From Lepidodermella squamata (Eukaryota; Animalia; Gastrotricha), in the NCBI GenBank assembly GCA_047495785.1, contig JBLDXI010000019.1:3410001-3474000 (forward strand): a stretch of DNA of 64,000 nucleotides, read 5' to 3'. Shown piece after piece: positions 1 through 12,493 of this stretch (position 1 is the first letter of the stretch; every line of letters begins with the position of its first letter). A program made the position numbers and the translations under genes. The notes under the pieces were generated by a model that was not told the origin of the DNA, did no database searches, and saw only the letters and a program-made list of their open reading frames with translations.

Positions 1-1157
1 TGGCTGTATTGGACCTTTCTTGAGAAATTTGGATTCCAGCGATCAATACGTGATTCTTCACATTTTAATTTACTGCCTCGCTTTCTCAAAATTTCAGGGA
101 TTTGCTGATTGAGTTGAAAATTCAAGCAAACACCTCAGACCTCATCAGGCCACGTTCGCTCCCGGCGAGAACATAGATAAATTATTTATCTGCGGGAGAA
201 AAAATATTTGACGGCAGTTCTAGGGGTTTTAGAGGGCCCTGATCACGATTTTGAAAACCGCTGTACAAATGCTGTACAAAAACTGGCCGAAATCGTCCTA
301 TCCGCCCAGCTGATTTCAGCAGATTTTTCGAACACCCTAATTTCTGTGTCAGGTGCCTCCAGCTTTGGAATTTTAGATTATAAATTACTCCCATGAATGT
401 CCCCAAGATCCTCCCTCACTTAAATCGCCGAAAACATTCAGTATTCAGTTTAAAAAAGTTTCAGAGGCTCAGCATTCAGATCTGAATTCAGCTTTTCCAG
501 TTTTTGCTCGCGACAGTTTTTGCAGCACAAAAACCACGCACTCCGCCTGTACGAGTCCTGGCGGATAGGACGATTTCGGCAGCGCTGAAAGTAGTGCCAG
601 GTACGCGTACCTGGCAGGTTTGGGCTCCAGTTGTACCTGCCAGGGATTTCAATTTTCTGTGAATTTTCAAAGTCGAAATTCCGAAATCGTCCTTCCCGCC
701 GTGAAAGGGTTAAGCACCACGCAGCCATAGGTATGCGAACATTATGTACTTTTTTATTTTATGAAAACCTCGCTAGAATAGCCAGAAGCTAGCGAAAGTT
801 ACAGGCAACAGTGACTTGTGGAACTAAAGGGCAAGGTTAAGGTTCCAAATCAATATACAGGTACTACGCACTTAGGGATGAACATAATTATATCACATAT
901 TCAGATGTGGATTACAATGGCCAATAGGGCAATATGTGCCTACCCAGGCCGGAAAAATCGCAAACAGCCATATAGGTACGAAGCATGAAGTTGGAAATTA
1001 GCCTATGAAAAGATGAATAGAGAAGTGATCACAGTAATAGTCGGAAAGAAATCAGAGTACAGCACTTCACACAGTTCGTAGAGCTACTTTAGCTAGTAGG
1101 AGTTGTTATCTTTATAAAGGAGATAATAAGTTTAATTGTCCAAGACGTTTTCAATAT

Positions 1158-4100
1158 TCAAAAAACTCGAATATCTGAGAATATAACTGCTACTTGGCCT
1201 ATTTTCTCCACGCTTATGTATCGACCCGACATTTGCGGCGTGCAGTAAAGCTCGAAATTTTGACCCGAGATCAAGTTCGGGGCTCGGTAGCCATCGTGAA
1301 TGTCACAAATCGGATTCTGAGAGAATAGATCCGAATCACCAACACGTGCAACAAGTCTGAACCCAACAGGACTCGCATAGTTTATCCAGCCATTATTCCC
1401 TGAGAGAACTAGCACGATTTTCGAGATGCTAGGCATTGTTTGACCCATATCAACTTGGAAATACGATCCTGACGTAGCGGGCTGAGGGCCTTTCGGTTCA
1501 GTAATTGAACCATCTGTTAATCCAGTGTTAACCGTTTGATTAAAATGTGACGAATTAACTGTTTTCCAAGCAGCATAGTTGGTTGAAGCATCATAGTTGA
1601 CACTGACGTAGCACAGGAGGAGGTCCACGGAGGACCCTGAAACAACGACGTATCTTCCGGATTTCTTAGACTCGGATGACTGTAAGATTCGCGATCGAAA
1701 GGGAGCAGCTTCAACATCAGGTGAAAATCTAGGCAGAGCCAATACTTCAGTTGTCGAGCCAGGCGGAGTATCAGTCACTCGAACAGATAGCCCTTTAGCA
1801 GCGAAGCCGATGTCGTCCACATAACTACAGCCTTTGAAGCTGAATCTACCAACAGGCTGTATATTGGACTCATCGGCATACAGCCGAACTGCCACTGCAA
1901 CAAGAGCTGGGTTCAAATAGCTTTCGACCGACTGGGCATCAGACCCAGTAGGGCCTTCGAATATCCTGAGGGTCGATCCGTTTCGCCAGACATAGCCAAC
2001 CCATTTGCTGGCAGAATTTGCTAATCTTGACAGCAGATGGTACTTCGTGATTGAAGCCGCACTACTCATACTCGATTGAACTGACACGGTATTAATCAGT
2101 TTCGCCTCGTTGAATTCAATCTGAAAGTAAGGTTGCTTGTCTGCTAGAAGTGGTACCCAATCAACCCCGTACAGATCGTTTCGTGCGAGATCGGCAGGAG
2201 TTGTTGCGCTAGATGCGCTTACTAAAGCATCACCGTCATAGAGCTCAACATTGCACATCAGACCTTGGCATATTTAAATTCATGGCTGTGAATACGAGAA
2301 AATGCAGGTCTTACTTGGGCATCCACGAACAAGCCATCGCAGACAAACATTATTCGACCACGTGTCGGGGTACAGTCGAAGGTACCTAGCTGTTATGTGA
2401 GGTCTTATGAAGTTCCAAATCAACGTTCCAGGATCAGTATTAGCAGTAAATGATTTCACGACGTCGGCTCCAGCTCTGTCGTTGAATTTTGTGAAATAAA
2501 CACCAATGTTGCTGTATTCGAGGTGGAAAGTTTTAACGAAGCAATTTTTCAGTTCATCGCCCTGTGTGGCAACTTGAGTGATCGTCACCACCTCTCCGAA
2601 ATCGGCCTGAATGTACTCGGTTATCAACGAGGTCAGAGGACGCCAGCAGCAAGCGACTGAATTGCCAATCCACGTTCCCATAGTGACCCTTTTGTTGTAC
2701 GGGACGTTATCAGGGCTTGGGGATGTGTAAACCGAGCTGAATGTCACATTTGCACTTGCGGTTAGATCGCTCTCGCAAACATGACCTTGAAGCATAGTTG
2801 CTGTTGGGCATTGGGACCAAAGTTCCATAGCCAAATACTGCGTGACATTGCCCTGATAGACATAGTAGCAAGCAAGTGAGCCGTTGAATCTCGCGACGCT
2901 AACTATGAGCTAAGAAAAAATTCGGAATGTAGAAAATGACGAAGCTTTTCTTCAACTCACATTAGGTAAATAAACCGTGTCTGTATCGGGCATAGTTGGC
3001 TCGAGGTAAGCCGTCGTGCCAACGATGCTACCATCGACATATGCCACCAGGCTTTTGCTAGGTATATCTACAGTCATACTGTAGTGACTCCACTTACCGG
3101 AGGCCGTCGCATTTTCGAGCGTCACTGTATAAGGGCCACTGGAGGCCGGGGTCACGGCATATTCAACGTAATTTGGAAATAAGCGAATTGCATATCGCGA
3201 AACGGTGCCGTTAATGATAGAAACGATAGGCGTGCCATTTGTATAAGGAGTCGAAGAGCTATATGCAAAAACTCCCATGGAGAACGAAGTGGAATTGATT
3301 GTCGGTAATAATGTTGATGGGCAGGAAGGTACACATTTCAGGTAATTAGAAATATTGCTTGCAAAACGAAGTGCCGAAGAACCCGATCGCCACCACGGCA
3401 GCCCAAGTGTGGATGAAACAGCAAAATTTAGCACAGCGGCGTCATAATTTGGATATAGAAATAAATTATTCGCCCACGAATAAAAGTCGAACGGGAAGCT
3501 ATTTCCTGATTTACTTTGGAAATTGATGTCTAAGGGGGCCATCGCCGTCGCTATCATTGCAGGGCTTGATGTTAGTGGGCAGCGTTTAAGTGAGTACAAC
3601 TGACGCCGATTCATGGTCACATTCGCGTATATCTGAAGGCAAGCATAGTCCCCAACAACTGAGGCCGCACCTCCGATGCGGAAAATACTTGCATTTGTCG
3701 CCAGACCATCTGGGCAAGTGAACGGAAATCGCTCAATAACCTCACCTTCATAAACTAGGCCGACGAAGGAATTGATATAATCAACGGTCACGCCGACGAA
3801 AGCCCATCTATTTGTTTTCAGTTCTACTTTCGAGGAGATGAAATCCACTGCCGATGAGCCATCCCTGCACTTGTTTCGCCAAGCAAGAGAACCATTAGTG
3901 TGGATGAAAATACCAACTTCAGGACTAGATGATGTAGCAGTGGTGACCCAGCTGAAGATATAGCCGAATCCGGCTGGTCTTACATGAATCAAGACTGTGA
4001 ATGAATACTGAAGATCCATCGCTGTTTGTAAAAGGCTGAGGTAATCATTCGCTGTGGGCAAGTTCCATGCCCTGAAAAAATTTATTCCTCGACTCATATT

Positions 4101-6878
4101 AATAGTTTGTATTCTATTGCTTACGTTTTACTGAATGTCATAATCGATGAGCAGACGGGGTTTCCACTAGATGTCAGGGCCCAACCTTTACCAGTTGTTT
4201 CCGCGAGAGTGCAAGCCAAGGAAAAGATTGCCAGAGGAGGGGGTTCTGGGATGGATATGATATGAGAACTAGCAATCAAACTGTGTATTATTTTGTTACT
4301 TTTCCAGGGACATCGGCTCGCTTGGTCGATTTCTGAGCTGTCTAGTGAGCGGTAGTACAACTGAACACACGCAAATTTGGCTCTCCATTGGCCTCGAATT
4401 TGAAAGTAGGAACTAGAAATCCTGCCAGAAGTCGCAACTTGGCAAGGAACTGGGAAAATTCCTCGCTCCACCTTGTCGATATATATTCTGGCGGTGTCGC
4501 TTTTGCAGTCAATCGATAAAGCTAGAAAAGTCCATCTGTCCATCGGAAGGATTGCGGTCGAAGGGCCGTATGTTGAGTTGATCGGATAGGATTTGATCGT
4601 GGAGGCCGTCGCGCCCATCGAGTTTTCAACAACTACGTAACCACCGAGTCCTATTTTTAGTGACATGCCGATCAGCCAGTTGCTGAAAAGATATAACACC
4701 AACACACAATTTTATCGCAATAGTCGAGAAAAAGTATTCGCCCTATTTTATACCACTCAGAAGGCCGAGAAAATGATGACAGATGATTGCAAAGTCCATA
4801 ACTATCAGGATTTTAGAAGCTTGATTTTAAGCTTCAAACTGTTATAGAGGGTTTTGAAATTAATCAGCATAGCAGGAACAATTTGGCAATAATTTTAAAT
4901 CTTAAACAACGATCCTATTTCCTAACATTACCTGTCGAAGTACGATGTCATTAGATATACGTCTGAGTAGATTGGCGATGGATAGTACAGCCAAAGAGCG
5001 TAAGTAAAGCCATTCACGCGATCTATGAACGTCTGTGACGTTGGAATTAGGACAGCTCTTGTGATATTGGCAGTCCACTGCATGGCCCCGGCCGCCCTGC
5101 CATCAACCCCAGGACAGAACGCAATAGAGTTTGAAAGAACTGCATGATTCCCGTTTCCAGATATGTCATCTGACCCGTGGATCAAATCAAACAGCCAAAG
5201 CCCGTCAGGATTCAGCGTTGCGTAAGGCGGGTAGTCAGGCATGGTGAGTTCGATCTGGTTAAATGATTGATTCGAGCCTAGATCGATAACGGCGAACGGA
5301 AAGCCAGTTGCAGAAGTAGCAGTGAATCGACTGCAGTTTTGAATGTGCTGCGATCGAATTCGCCGTCTTTGCGTGATTGTTTTCAGCGCGTTGCTATAAC
5401 CGTTGTACTCCGTTGTAACTAAGGCAGGGGTGGGTAGAACGTTCGCATCATTTGCTATATTTTGGAGGATTCGTGGGTTTCCTATTTCAGAATAAATAAA
5501 AAGGTAACACCAGCATAGTCAGCTTACTTTTGCATCCCAGAAGCTCGAGTTTGAAACATTGAGTGCCTGAAAAGGTGATTGGGGCGATTCTGAAAAATCG
5601 CCCAACAACAGGGCTCGGGAAGGCAGCAGCTGCTATTGAAGTGGCATCAACATTCCCTTCCCAAGATTCAGATCTATCAGCCTTGAGTATTTTTCGCCAG
5701 TAGTCATTTTCGCTCGACCGGCTTTGAATTTGAAAGTATTTGACCCAAGCGTTCGGCGAGCTGCAGCCTTGAATCTGAACCGCTGTGACGATTGTTTGCT
5801 TCAGAAGATCGATAATCACAAAATCGTCCAAAATTGCTGAACCTGCCAGGCCCCAATTTAGCCGAACATATCGAGAGAGCGTGTAGTTGAGCTTTGTAAG
5901 GATTTGGGAATCATCTATTTCCGAAGTCTGGATGCCTAATGGCTCGTAACACAGCGCGGGAACGCCATTCACTTGAAACTTGGCACATCTGTAGAAGGAG
6001 GAGTTGGTGATCATCGAAAACTTGAAATGTTTGGCTATCACTGGCCGGTACAGATCGAATTTTAAAGTTTCAAGGTTTAGTAGAGGCTGTAGAATTTTAA
6101 CGGGTCCACCGACAGATCTGATCGGCGTGAGCTGATTGCTGGCAAGCCCAACTTCCAACATCATGTCTTGCATGCAGACTGTTGAAACGTGGCAAAAGTA
6201 GGAGAAACGAGCTAGCCAGACAACTCGCTGCAAATCCAAAGTCACCCAAGCTCCAGCTGGTGGGACATTGCCCATATTGAAGAACCAGTTGTGCAGAGCA
6301 CTGAGCCGCCCGAAATGAGCGAATTCCGATATGACATTTGGGACGACTAAGTTATCGATGTTACTGCTTATTGCCTTATAGCCAAGATCACTCACATAGC
6401 TGTTATCGATATCCAATTCTCCATTTGTGCAATTCAACGAAGGGTCCGTCAGCGAGCAAGGTGGCGTTGAAGCAGCCTTGGAAATTGCGTCGAAAATGCC
6501 AGACTTGCCCTGTGGTGTTTTACCAATCATGCTTTCGACAGTGACCACAAACGATTTGTAGGCTTGACTCGCAAGAAATGCCACTTGGGATGAGCCATTC
6601 GGCGAAGTTGAGTACAAGCTGCAAATCCTTTGACCCAGATCCAACTCCCCCGACTGGCATGCGGGCGATAGGTTGCATTTACTCATGCATTCAACGGGTA
6701 GCCTTGTCGAAGGATAGCTTCCGACTGTCAAAGTTGACATATCTGACAAGCCGCTTTCTGGCGTAGGTTGAATTCTGAAGCCATGGAATTCGTTATAGTA
6801 ACTACCACCACCGCCTTTCGATATCTCGAAAACGTTGCTTGATATCAGCAAGCAAAAAAGCTTCGTTGGTAGAAGCAT
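1158..6878 (-). CDS. Large secreted multidomain lectin-like protein A (~1738 aa, 7 exons): signal peptide, PAN/apple, F5/8 type C (discoidin) x4, LamG/pentraxin-like x3, F-type-lectin-like folds
   Basis: Hand-spliced exons 6878-5528, 5481-4932, 4682-4300, 4245-4125, 4071-2961, 2909-2315, 2263-1158 with GT-AG introns of 46, 249, 54, 53, 51 and 51 nt. The total of 5217 nt is in frame. Motifs: CMSKCNLSPACQSG (PAN), VTAVQIQG/CFKLELLGC and VTITQVATQG/ARYLRLYPDTWSNNVCLR (F5/8), WTFLALSID and FACVQLYYRSL (LamG), MSGRYISV (FTP-like). Confidence 0.9.
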
Positions 6879-7260
6879 CAGTTACTTTTAAAAGCAAGTA
6901 GTTCGCAAAAGCAGCAAAAACGATGAGCCTTTGGAGAAACTAGCGTCCTGTACGGAAAATAAAAGATTATTATTTGGCCTAGCTTTGGGATCCGCCAAAA
7001 TACACCTAGGGGCCTGTAGTTTTATTCTCGGATCAATTAATCGAAACTCCAGGTACATGTCGTTCAGACGACCGCCAAAACTTGATGTGAGAGATTTTCC
7101 TGTCATGGTGCGCAACCGTTCTGAATCGATTCTTATTATTGAAGAGAAAGGATAACTAGGTTTAAAGAGAAAATAAAGTTAATGCAACGGCGCTCCCCAC
7201 TTTATTCTGTGATGATTCAAAGTGGATTCAGTATTGGTTTTATTAATTTGCGAAATATAA

Positions 7261-9225
7261 TTAGATAAATTTTGCACAGACGTCATCTGTATCGTGAGGA
7301 GATTCTACAGCAAACGGCATGAAAGGATAGTCGAAAAGTTCAACAGCAGCCATGTCGAAATGCGCATCCGTTTCGTGGTCCAATTCGCGATAGTAATGCA
7401 ACTCTTTCATCGGCATTCGACGACCCAACCAAATTCCTCTCAGAGCATAATGATGCCACTGCACGAAACGAGGATCCTCCAGACGAGCTTCGTTATAAGA
7501 TACCTTTGCCGAGGTCGAATTCAGGGTTGAACAGTTGACTAAAGCTGTAAGGGTATAGACTCCGTTATCGCCGTGGAGACCTAACTTGTACCAAGTTCCT
7601 GGGACAAAGTCGTGGAGTAACAATCGATAAGCTTCACTGAGCTTGCTCATAAGATTCTCAACAGTCAACTGAAGCTTCGAGCAGTCGTTGACCAACTCAA
7701 CTTTGATGATGATTTGAGACGGGTGTTGAAATTCAATGGCTAGGACGACTGGTTTTATATCAGGCAAGCATTTTACGCCCTCGGGTAATCTGAACCAAAA
7801 AGCTAGGGTGAAGCTCCGTATAGAAGATTCGGGCAACATTGGTAAAAATATGTGATCGCCTCGAAATGCGAAGTAGCTCGAATTCTCAGCAGCATTTCGG
7901 TCGAATAAGTCGTAGCTGTTCAACGGGCTGAGTAGACCATGCATTCTGTTACCGGATGTATCGGGTATTTTCGGTAGAATTTCCTCCGTTAGATTGCGTA
8001 ACAACCATTGGCCGATAAAACCTTTCCTGCGATCATTTCCGTTGTCCATTGTTACAAGATTGCAATCTCTCCACGAGCTCTCCGTCCAATTTTTCGCCCC
8101 TTCTTCATCCGCAACCATATATCGTATTCTGCAAAATAAACTCGTGTCTAACGACCAGATTTTGTGGGCGGTTAAATTCCGCAAATATGGCATGGTTGTA
8201 GTTTCCCATAGATGAGTTACATAATTTTTCTCGTAGTCGTAATTTCGGAAGAAGAATGTGTCCATTATGCCGCTGTGCGTCCACATAGGCCACGCTGTAG
8301 CGAATTCGTTGAGTATTGTTATGTGTTCTGGGTATTGTTTAGCGAGGATAGCCGGCATTTGGCAGCAGTGGTAGTTCCATTGCGTTGCGCCGTCGAACGT
8401 CTTGTAAGATTCAATCCATTTTTGCAAGAAGAAAGCGCCAGGCTTTCCGACAGTGAATGACATCAGCAGTGTATTTCCATCTGGAAGAAAGTCAGATAAC
8501 TTTCAATAAATATCGCGTTATATAGAAAGAAATGATTTTTCTATACAGTCATATAAGTAAAATACAATTTTGAATGCCAAGCATGAAATTCGAAAATTGA
8601 AAATTTGTTTGATTAATCTGTTAGATTTATTGGGAATTAATTCCCTACCTGCTCCTTCCTTTCCGAGTACTACGTCGTGACTAAGGAGTGGCGTTAGCGA
8701 TTTCAGCGTTATCATGTCCAAATCGATGAAAATTCCACCCTCATCCCGCAACGTCAGCAACCGGAAAACATCAGACCTATGTGCAAAATGATCCAACGGC
8801 CTGCCGTAGATTTCCTTCGTCATCTGCCGTATTTTCCGCATATCATCCACATAGTGCAACGCCTTATCAAACCATTTACCAACAGGTTTGTGATAGTAGT
8901 GCAAAATCACGTAATCAGCTCCCGATCGTAGTTTTGCTGACTTGATTGATAGGTATTGATAGAATCGAAATTCAAGCGGGCGAGTTGCGCCTTTTTCATC
9001 GAGACCAATAACGAAATGAGCGATATTTGGAGCACTAGTCGGGGTTGAGATCAAATACTGGATAGACTGGTTGATTGCATTTACCGAGGCAGTGATCGGT
9101 TTCGGGCATTCGGTTCCGCGGTAAATGAGTAGTGAGACGGAAATCGAAAGCAAAATAAGGAGGAGGATGCACGTTTGGAACGCGCTGGCGCTCCCATACA
9201 GCTTCCGCATATTATCGCATAGCAT
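7261..9225 (-). CDS. Type II membrane GT32 (DXD-motif, alpha-1,4-glycosyltransferase-like) glycosyltransferase with C-terminal LamG/ConA-like domain, 2 exons
   Basis: N-terminal TM anchor (CILLLILLSISVSLLIY), PNIAHFV, AHRSDVFRL..GGIFIDLD (DXD) and HLW motifs. Intron 8481-8648 (GTAGGG..TTCCAG, phase 1) joins ORFs 8518-9231 and 7261-8463. The C-terminal part has DTSGNRMHG and SFTLAFWFR (LamG-like). The start could also be the ATG at 9210. Confidence 0.85.
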
Positions 9226-10176
9226 TGGCAAAAGCGATGTGATCTCAGGCTGGTGTCAATAGCAGTCGGGTTGCTAAATACTTGACAACAACGTCATTTG
9301 CCACATCGAGATTTCTTGCACATTATTATTTGTTTGCCCAGAAAGCAGATGCTTTTTAGGTGACTGGTAAATGCCGCAATATCAAATGGCATATGGCATA
9401 TATACATAATATCTACACGCTGTATATCGCATAGCGGTGTGAAGGTGGGAATAAGGAATACATTGGTTGAATAGCTAATTAGATGGCAATTTCACACTGA
9501 CCGCCTTGTGAGTAATACAACAAAAATGAGCAGCGAAATCGCATGTTTAGAGGAATACTACGGATAGTAGTATTAATTAGAACATTTCTCACTGCTAACT
9601 TATTTCTTTGGTCATTCTTCATGTCAATCAATGTATTTACTGTCCGCATGTCCAGCTGCGTCCAGCTTTCGATTTTTCACCCTCAGGCAACACCTGATAA
9701 TGGATAAGCAAGGATAAATGGGTTATCAAGCAAGTTCGGAAAAATAATCCTTACTGTGCTGCACCTAACCATTTTGTTCGACTTCGGCTCTCGCTAATTA
9801 GTCGACATTAATCGACTTCGGTTCTAGTAAAAGGAAACCTGAATAGTTAGCCTGATTAGAGTGAGACATTGCTATGCTATGACCATTCCATACATTTTGA
9901 TGTTCAGTGTCTCACAGCGTAATTAGTAATTACCTACTGTTTTACCTGAGCTGTGATTTCTTATACCTTAATACCGTAATACCTATTACGAATTACTAGA
10001 CTGAGTTTTCGACTTGGTAAAATTAGATAATCCAATTGCGCAGCACATTCTTTCTCGCCTCACTAACCGCCAAATTTGCGACTATAATTCTTCCAGCTTC
10101 CAGCTTTCAACTTTAAAAGCTCAAATCAGGCCTGGCAGTACCGTGTAGTTCAAATCAGGTCTTCACAAAGATTTTT

Positions 10177-10574
10177 TTAATGCAAAACGTTTTCGAGGTA
10201 TAAAATCAATATGGTATAGCCAGTCAATGCGAGAAGAATCGCAACGCAGGATACAACCATCGACTTGATGATCCTATAACAAAATTTAGTCGCTTTATGC
10301 TTTATTAACCCTGATGATTCATAACTTACAAAGATTTATCCATGGGTTGGAAACTGAGCAGAGCACAGGCAACGCAACCCAATGGGCAGATACAGGCGCA
10401 GGCTATTGACGCAAAGATGTAGGCTAGTCCTTTTCGCCTGTCGAGGGAGTCGTCCGCTTCCTTACTGTCGTCGATCAAAACCACGCTTCCATAATTCATC
10501 GGTCCAGAAATTTGAACAGGTCCAGTCTCAGCCCATGATGCAGTTTTGGATTCGTTTCCTGAAGCAATTTCCAT
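10177..10574 (-). CDS. Small two-hydrophobic-segment membrane protein, CD225/dispanin (IFITM/PRRT)-like, 2 exons, 113 aa
   Basis: Exons 10574-10330 and 10273-10177 flank a 56-nt GTAAG..TATAG intron. Segment 1 is IFASIACACICPLGCVACALLS (CD225-like C..PLG motif); segment 2 is VVSCVAILLALTGYTILILYL. Confidence 0.65.
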
Positions 10575-10876
10575 TTTTTCAATGGGATGTCCCCATTCCT
10601 CGGTCTGGTGAAAGAAAACGTGTAGAGATAGCACCTCAGTGTGAAACGTCGTAGGAATAATCAAGATAGCTTATCGCTTCTCGCTGTTATCAAGCAGGTA
10701 GTGAAATTTGGGAAATTATCACAGAAAATAAACGGTATGTTATATTAGGCTTCATGTAAAACAAGCCTCAACAATAATTTCATCATCTTTCTGCGTATTT
10801 TAATATTACCAAGTCACAAAATATATCCGTATATCATTAAAACGTATGTGAAGCAAATGAATTGTTCCAGTTCCAG

Positions 10877-12493
10877 TTAGTCACAGTCGCAAGATTTCGC
10901 GTTGAATGTTGTACCGCTCGGGCAGTTTATTTTGTTGGAAGTATCCGGGCAGTTATTCTCGTCATAACGATAATACCCGGACAAATCAGATGTGCCAACG
11001 CGGTATCCCTCAGTTGCGAGGTCTCTGCATTTAGGCAGGGTGTTTTGAGGGGTTTCACATTCGTATTTACATGAATCAGAATCTGGGTTGAAATACTGCA
11101 ACGAAGGACACTTCACCGGGTCCTTCTGTACAAGACACCCTGCGTTGTCGATGATGTAATACAAAATTGAATTGCCTTGATTGTAGCTAATCCGTGTTTC
11201 GTTGTTGCCAGATCTGCAAGATGGAGCAAGGGGGTCTCTAGGTAGCTTGCAGCATCGGCATTTCTCAGCAGAGAAAAATTCACCGATTTGTATCGCGCAA
11301 AGATTGAACGTTTCCGGGCAACCATTTTTGTCCAAGTCGTAGTAACCCTTCGCTAGGGCCATCCGGTTGCGTCCTGATACAGGTTCTACGCATTTTTTCG
11401 TGGCTCCAGCTCGCTGTTCGCAAACACAGTCGCAGGTTTCAACTGCACTGTCAAAATACTGATTTTCCGGGCATTTTATCGGTTCGTTGTTGCCTAAGCA
11501 ACCGTCTGCATCGATAACGCTGTAAACACTGCTATTTGCTACGTTGCCAATTCGTTTTTGACCATTGAATTCGCACATCAAAGCGGCTGAATCAACTGGT
11601 TTCTTGCAACATTGGCAAGATTCTTCCAAGAATGGCCCACCATCAGGACATACTGTGCTTAGATCACATTTACAGCCGCAAATATCGAGTTGGAATTTCT
11701 GGTTGTTAGGGCATCTTGTCAACTTGCAAGGCCCATTCTCCGTTACTTCCTCGAACGATTGCGGGTCGTTTGATCGGGCGAATCGAAATGATGCGCCGTA
11801 GTCGCACCATGCCTTGAAGTTTGAACCATCATAAGTGCTTGAAGAGCACGAGTCGACATCGGGCCAAGTCTGTGAGATCTTCGATTTTGTTCGTGCAAAC
11901 ACATCCATTACAATCGGGCTTCAAGCTGTAGCCAATATCGCACGTTAAAAGCGGATCGCACACGCATTGACACTTGTCGAGGTCGAAAACTTGAGTAGGA
12001 CTGTTAGGGCAAGGCCGTGCCTGGCAAGGAACACAGTCACATTTTCTATTGTCAAAAATTTGGCCAGATTGACATGATTTTTTCTCGGCACAAGTGACGC
12101 ATTCGCATGCGATTCGGCCGAGGAATTCGATCAGTGTACATCCAGGCCGACAGCCAGGGCGGCAGTCACATTCGTCTCGGTTGAATATTTGGTTCGTCGG
12201 GCAAGTAACTTTCTGGCACGGCCCACTTTCGGTCGTGTCGACGTAAGATTTCGCGTCTTTTCCCAATGCGAAACGGTACGTTGAGTTGAATTCACACCAT
12301 GACTTCGGATCAATGTCGCTGAACAGGCTTGACGAACATGAGGCATGTGTTAGTGGAACTGTAGTTAGAAAGGTACATATTAGTTCGCTATTGTTGTGTA
12401 AGCCAGTTCACTATTTGCTGAAAGGTATTTGGAAATAGTTTCAAATTATTTACCTTGAATTATGACGATTAGGAGTGCGTAGTAGTGCAGCAT
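10877..12493 (-). CDS. Secreted cysteine-rich repeat protein (CXCXC / Balbiani-ring-3-like and chitin-binding-like CP..F...C motifs) with an internal 1-nt frameshift near 11860
   Basis: Exon 1 (12493-12454, MLHYYALLIVIIQ) is followed by intron 12359-12453, then ORF 11829-12266 and ORF 10877-11908 in different frames. Both frames carry the same repeat (SCSSS..K.WC....RFA....SY....E.GPC....CP.NQ.F....C.C). Confidence 0.7.

Noticed and set aside
180-713. Possible piggyBac-like right end (AGGG-TTAA at ~706-713) and TE-like interior
   Set aside because: No matching left TIR was found in the window.
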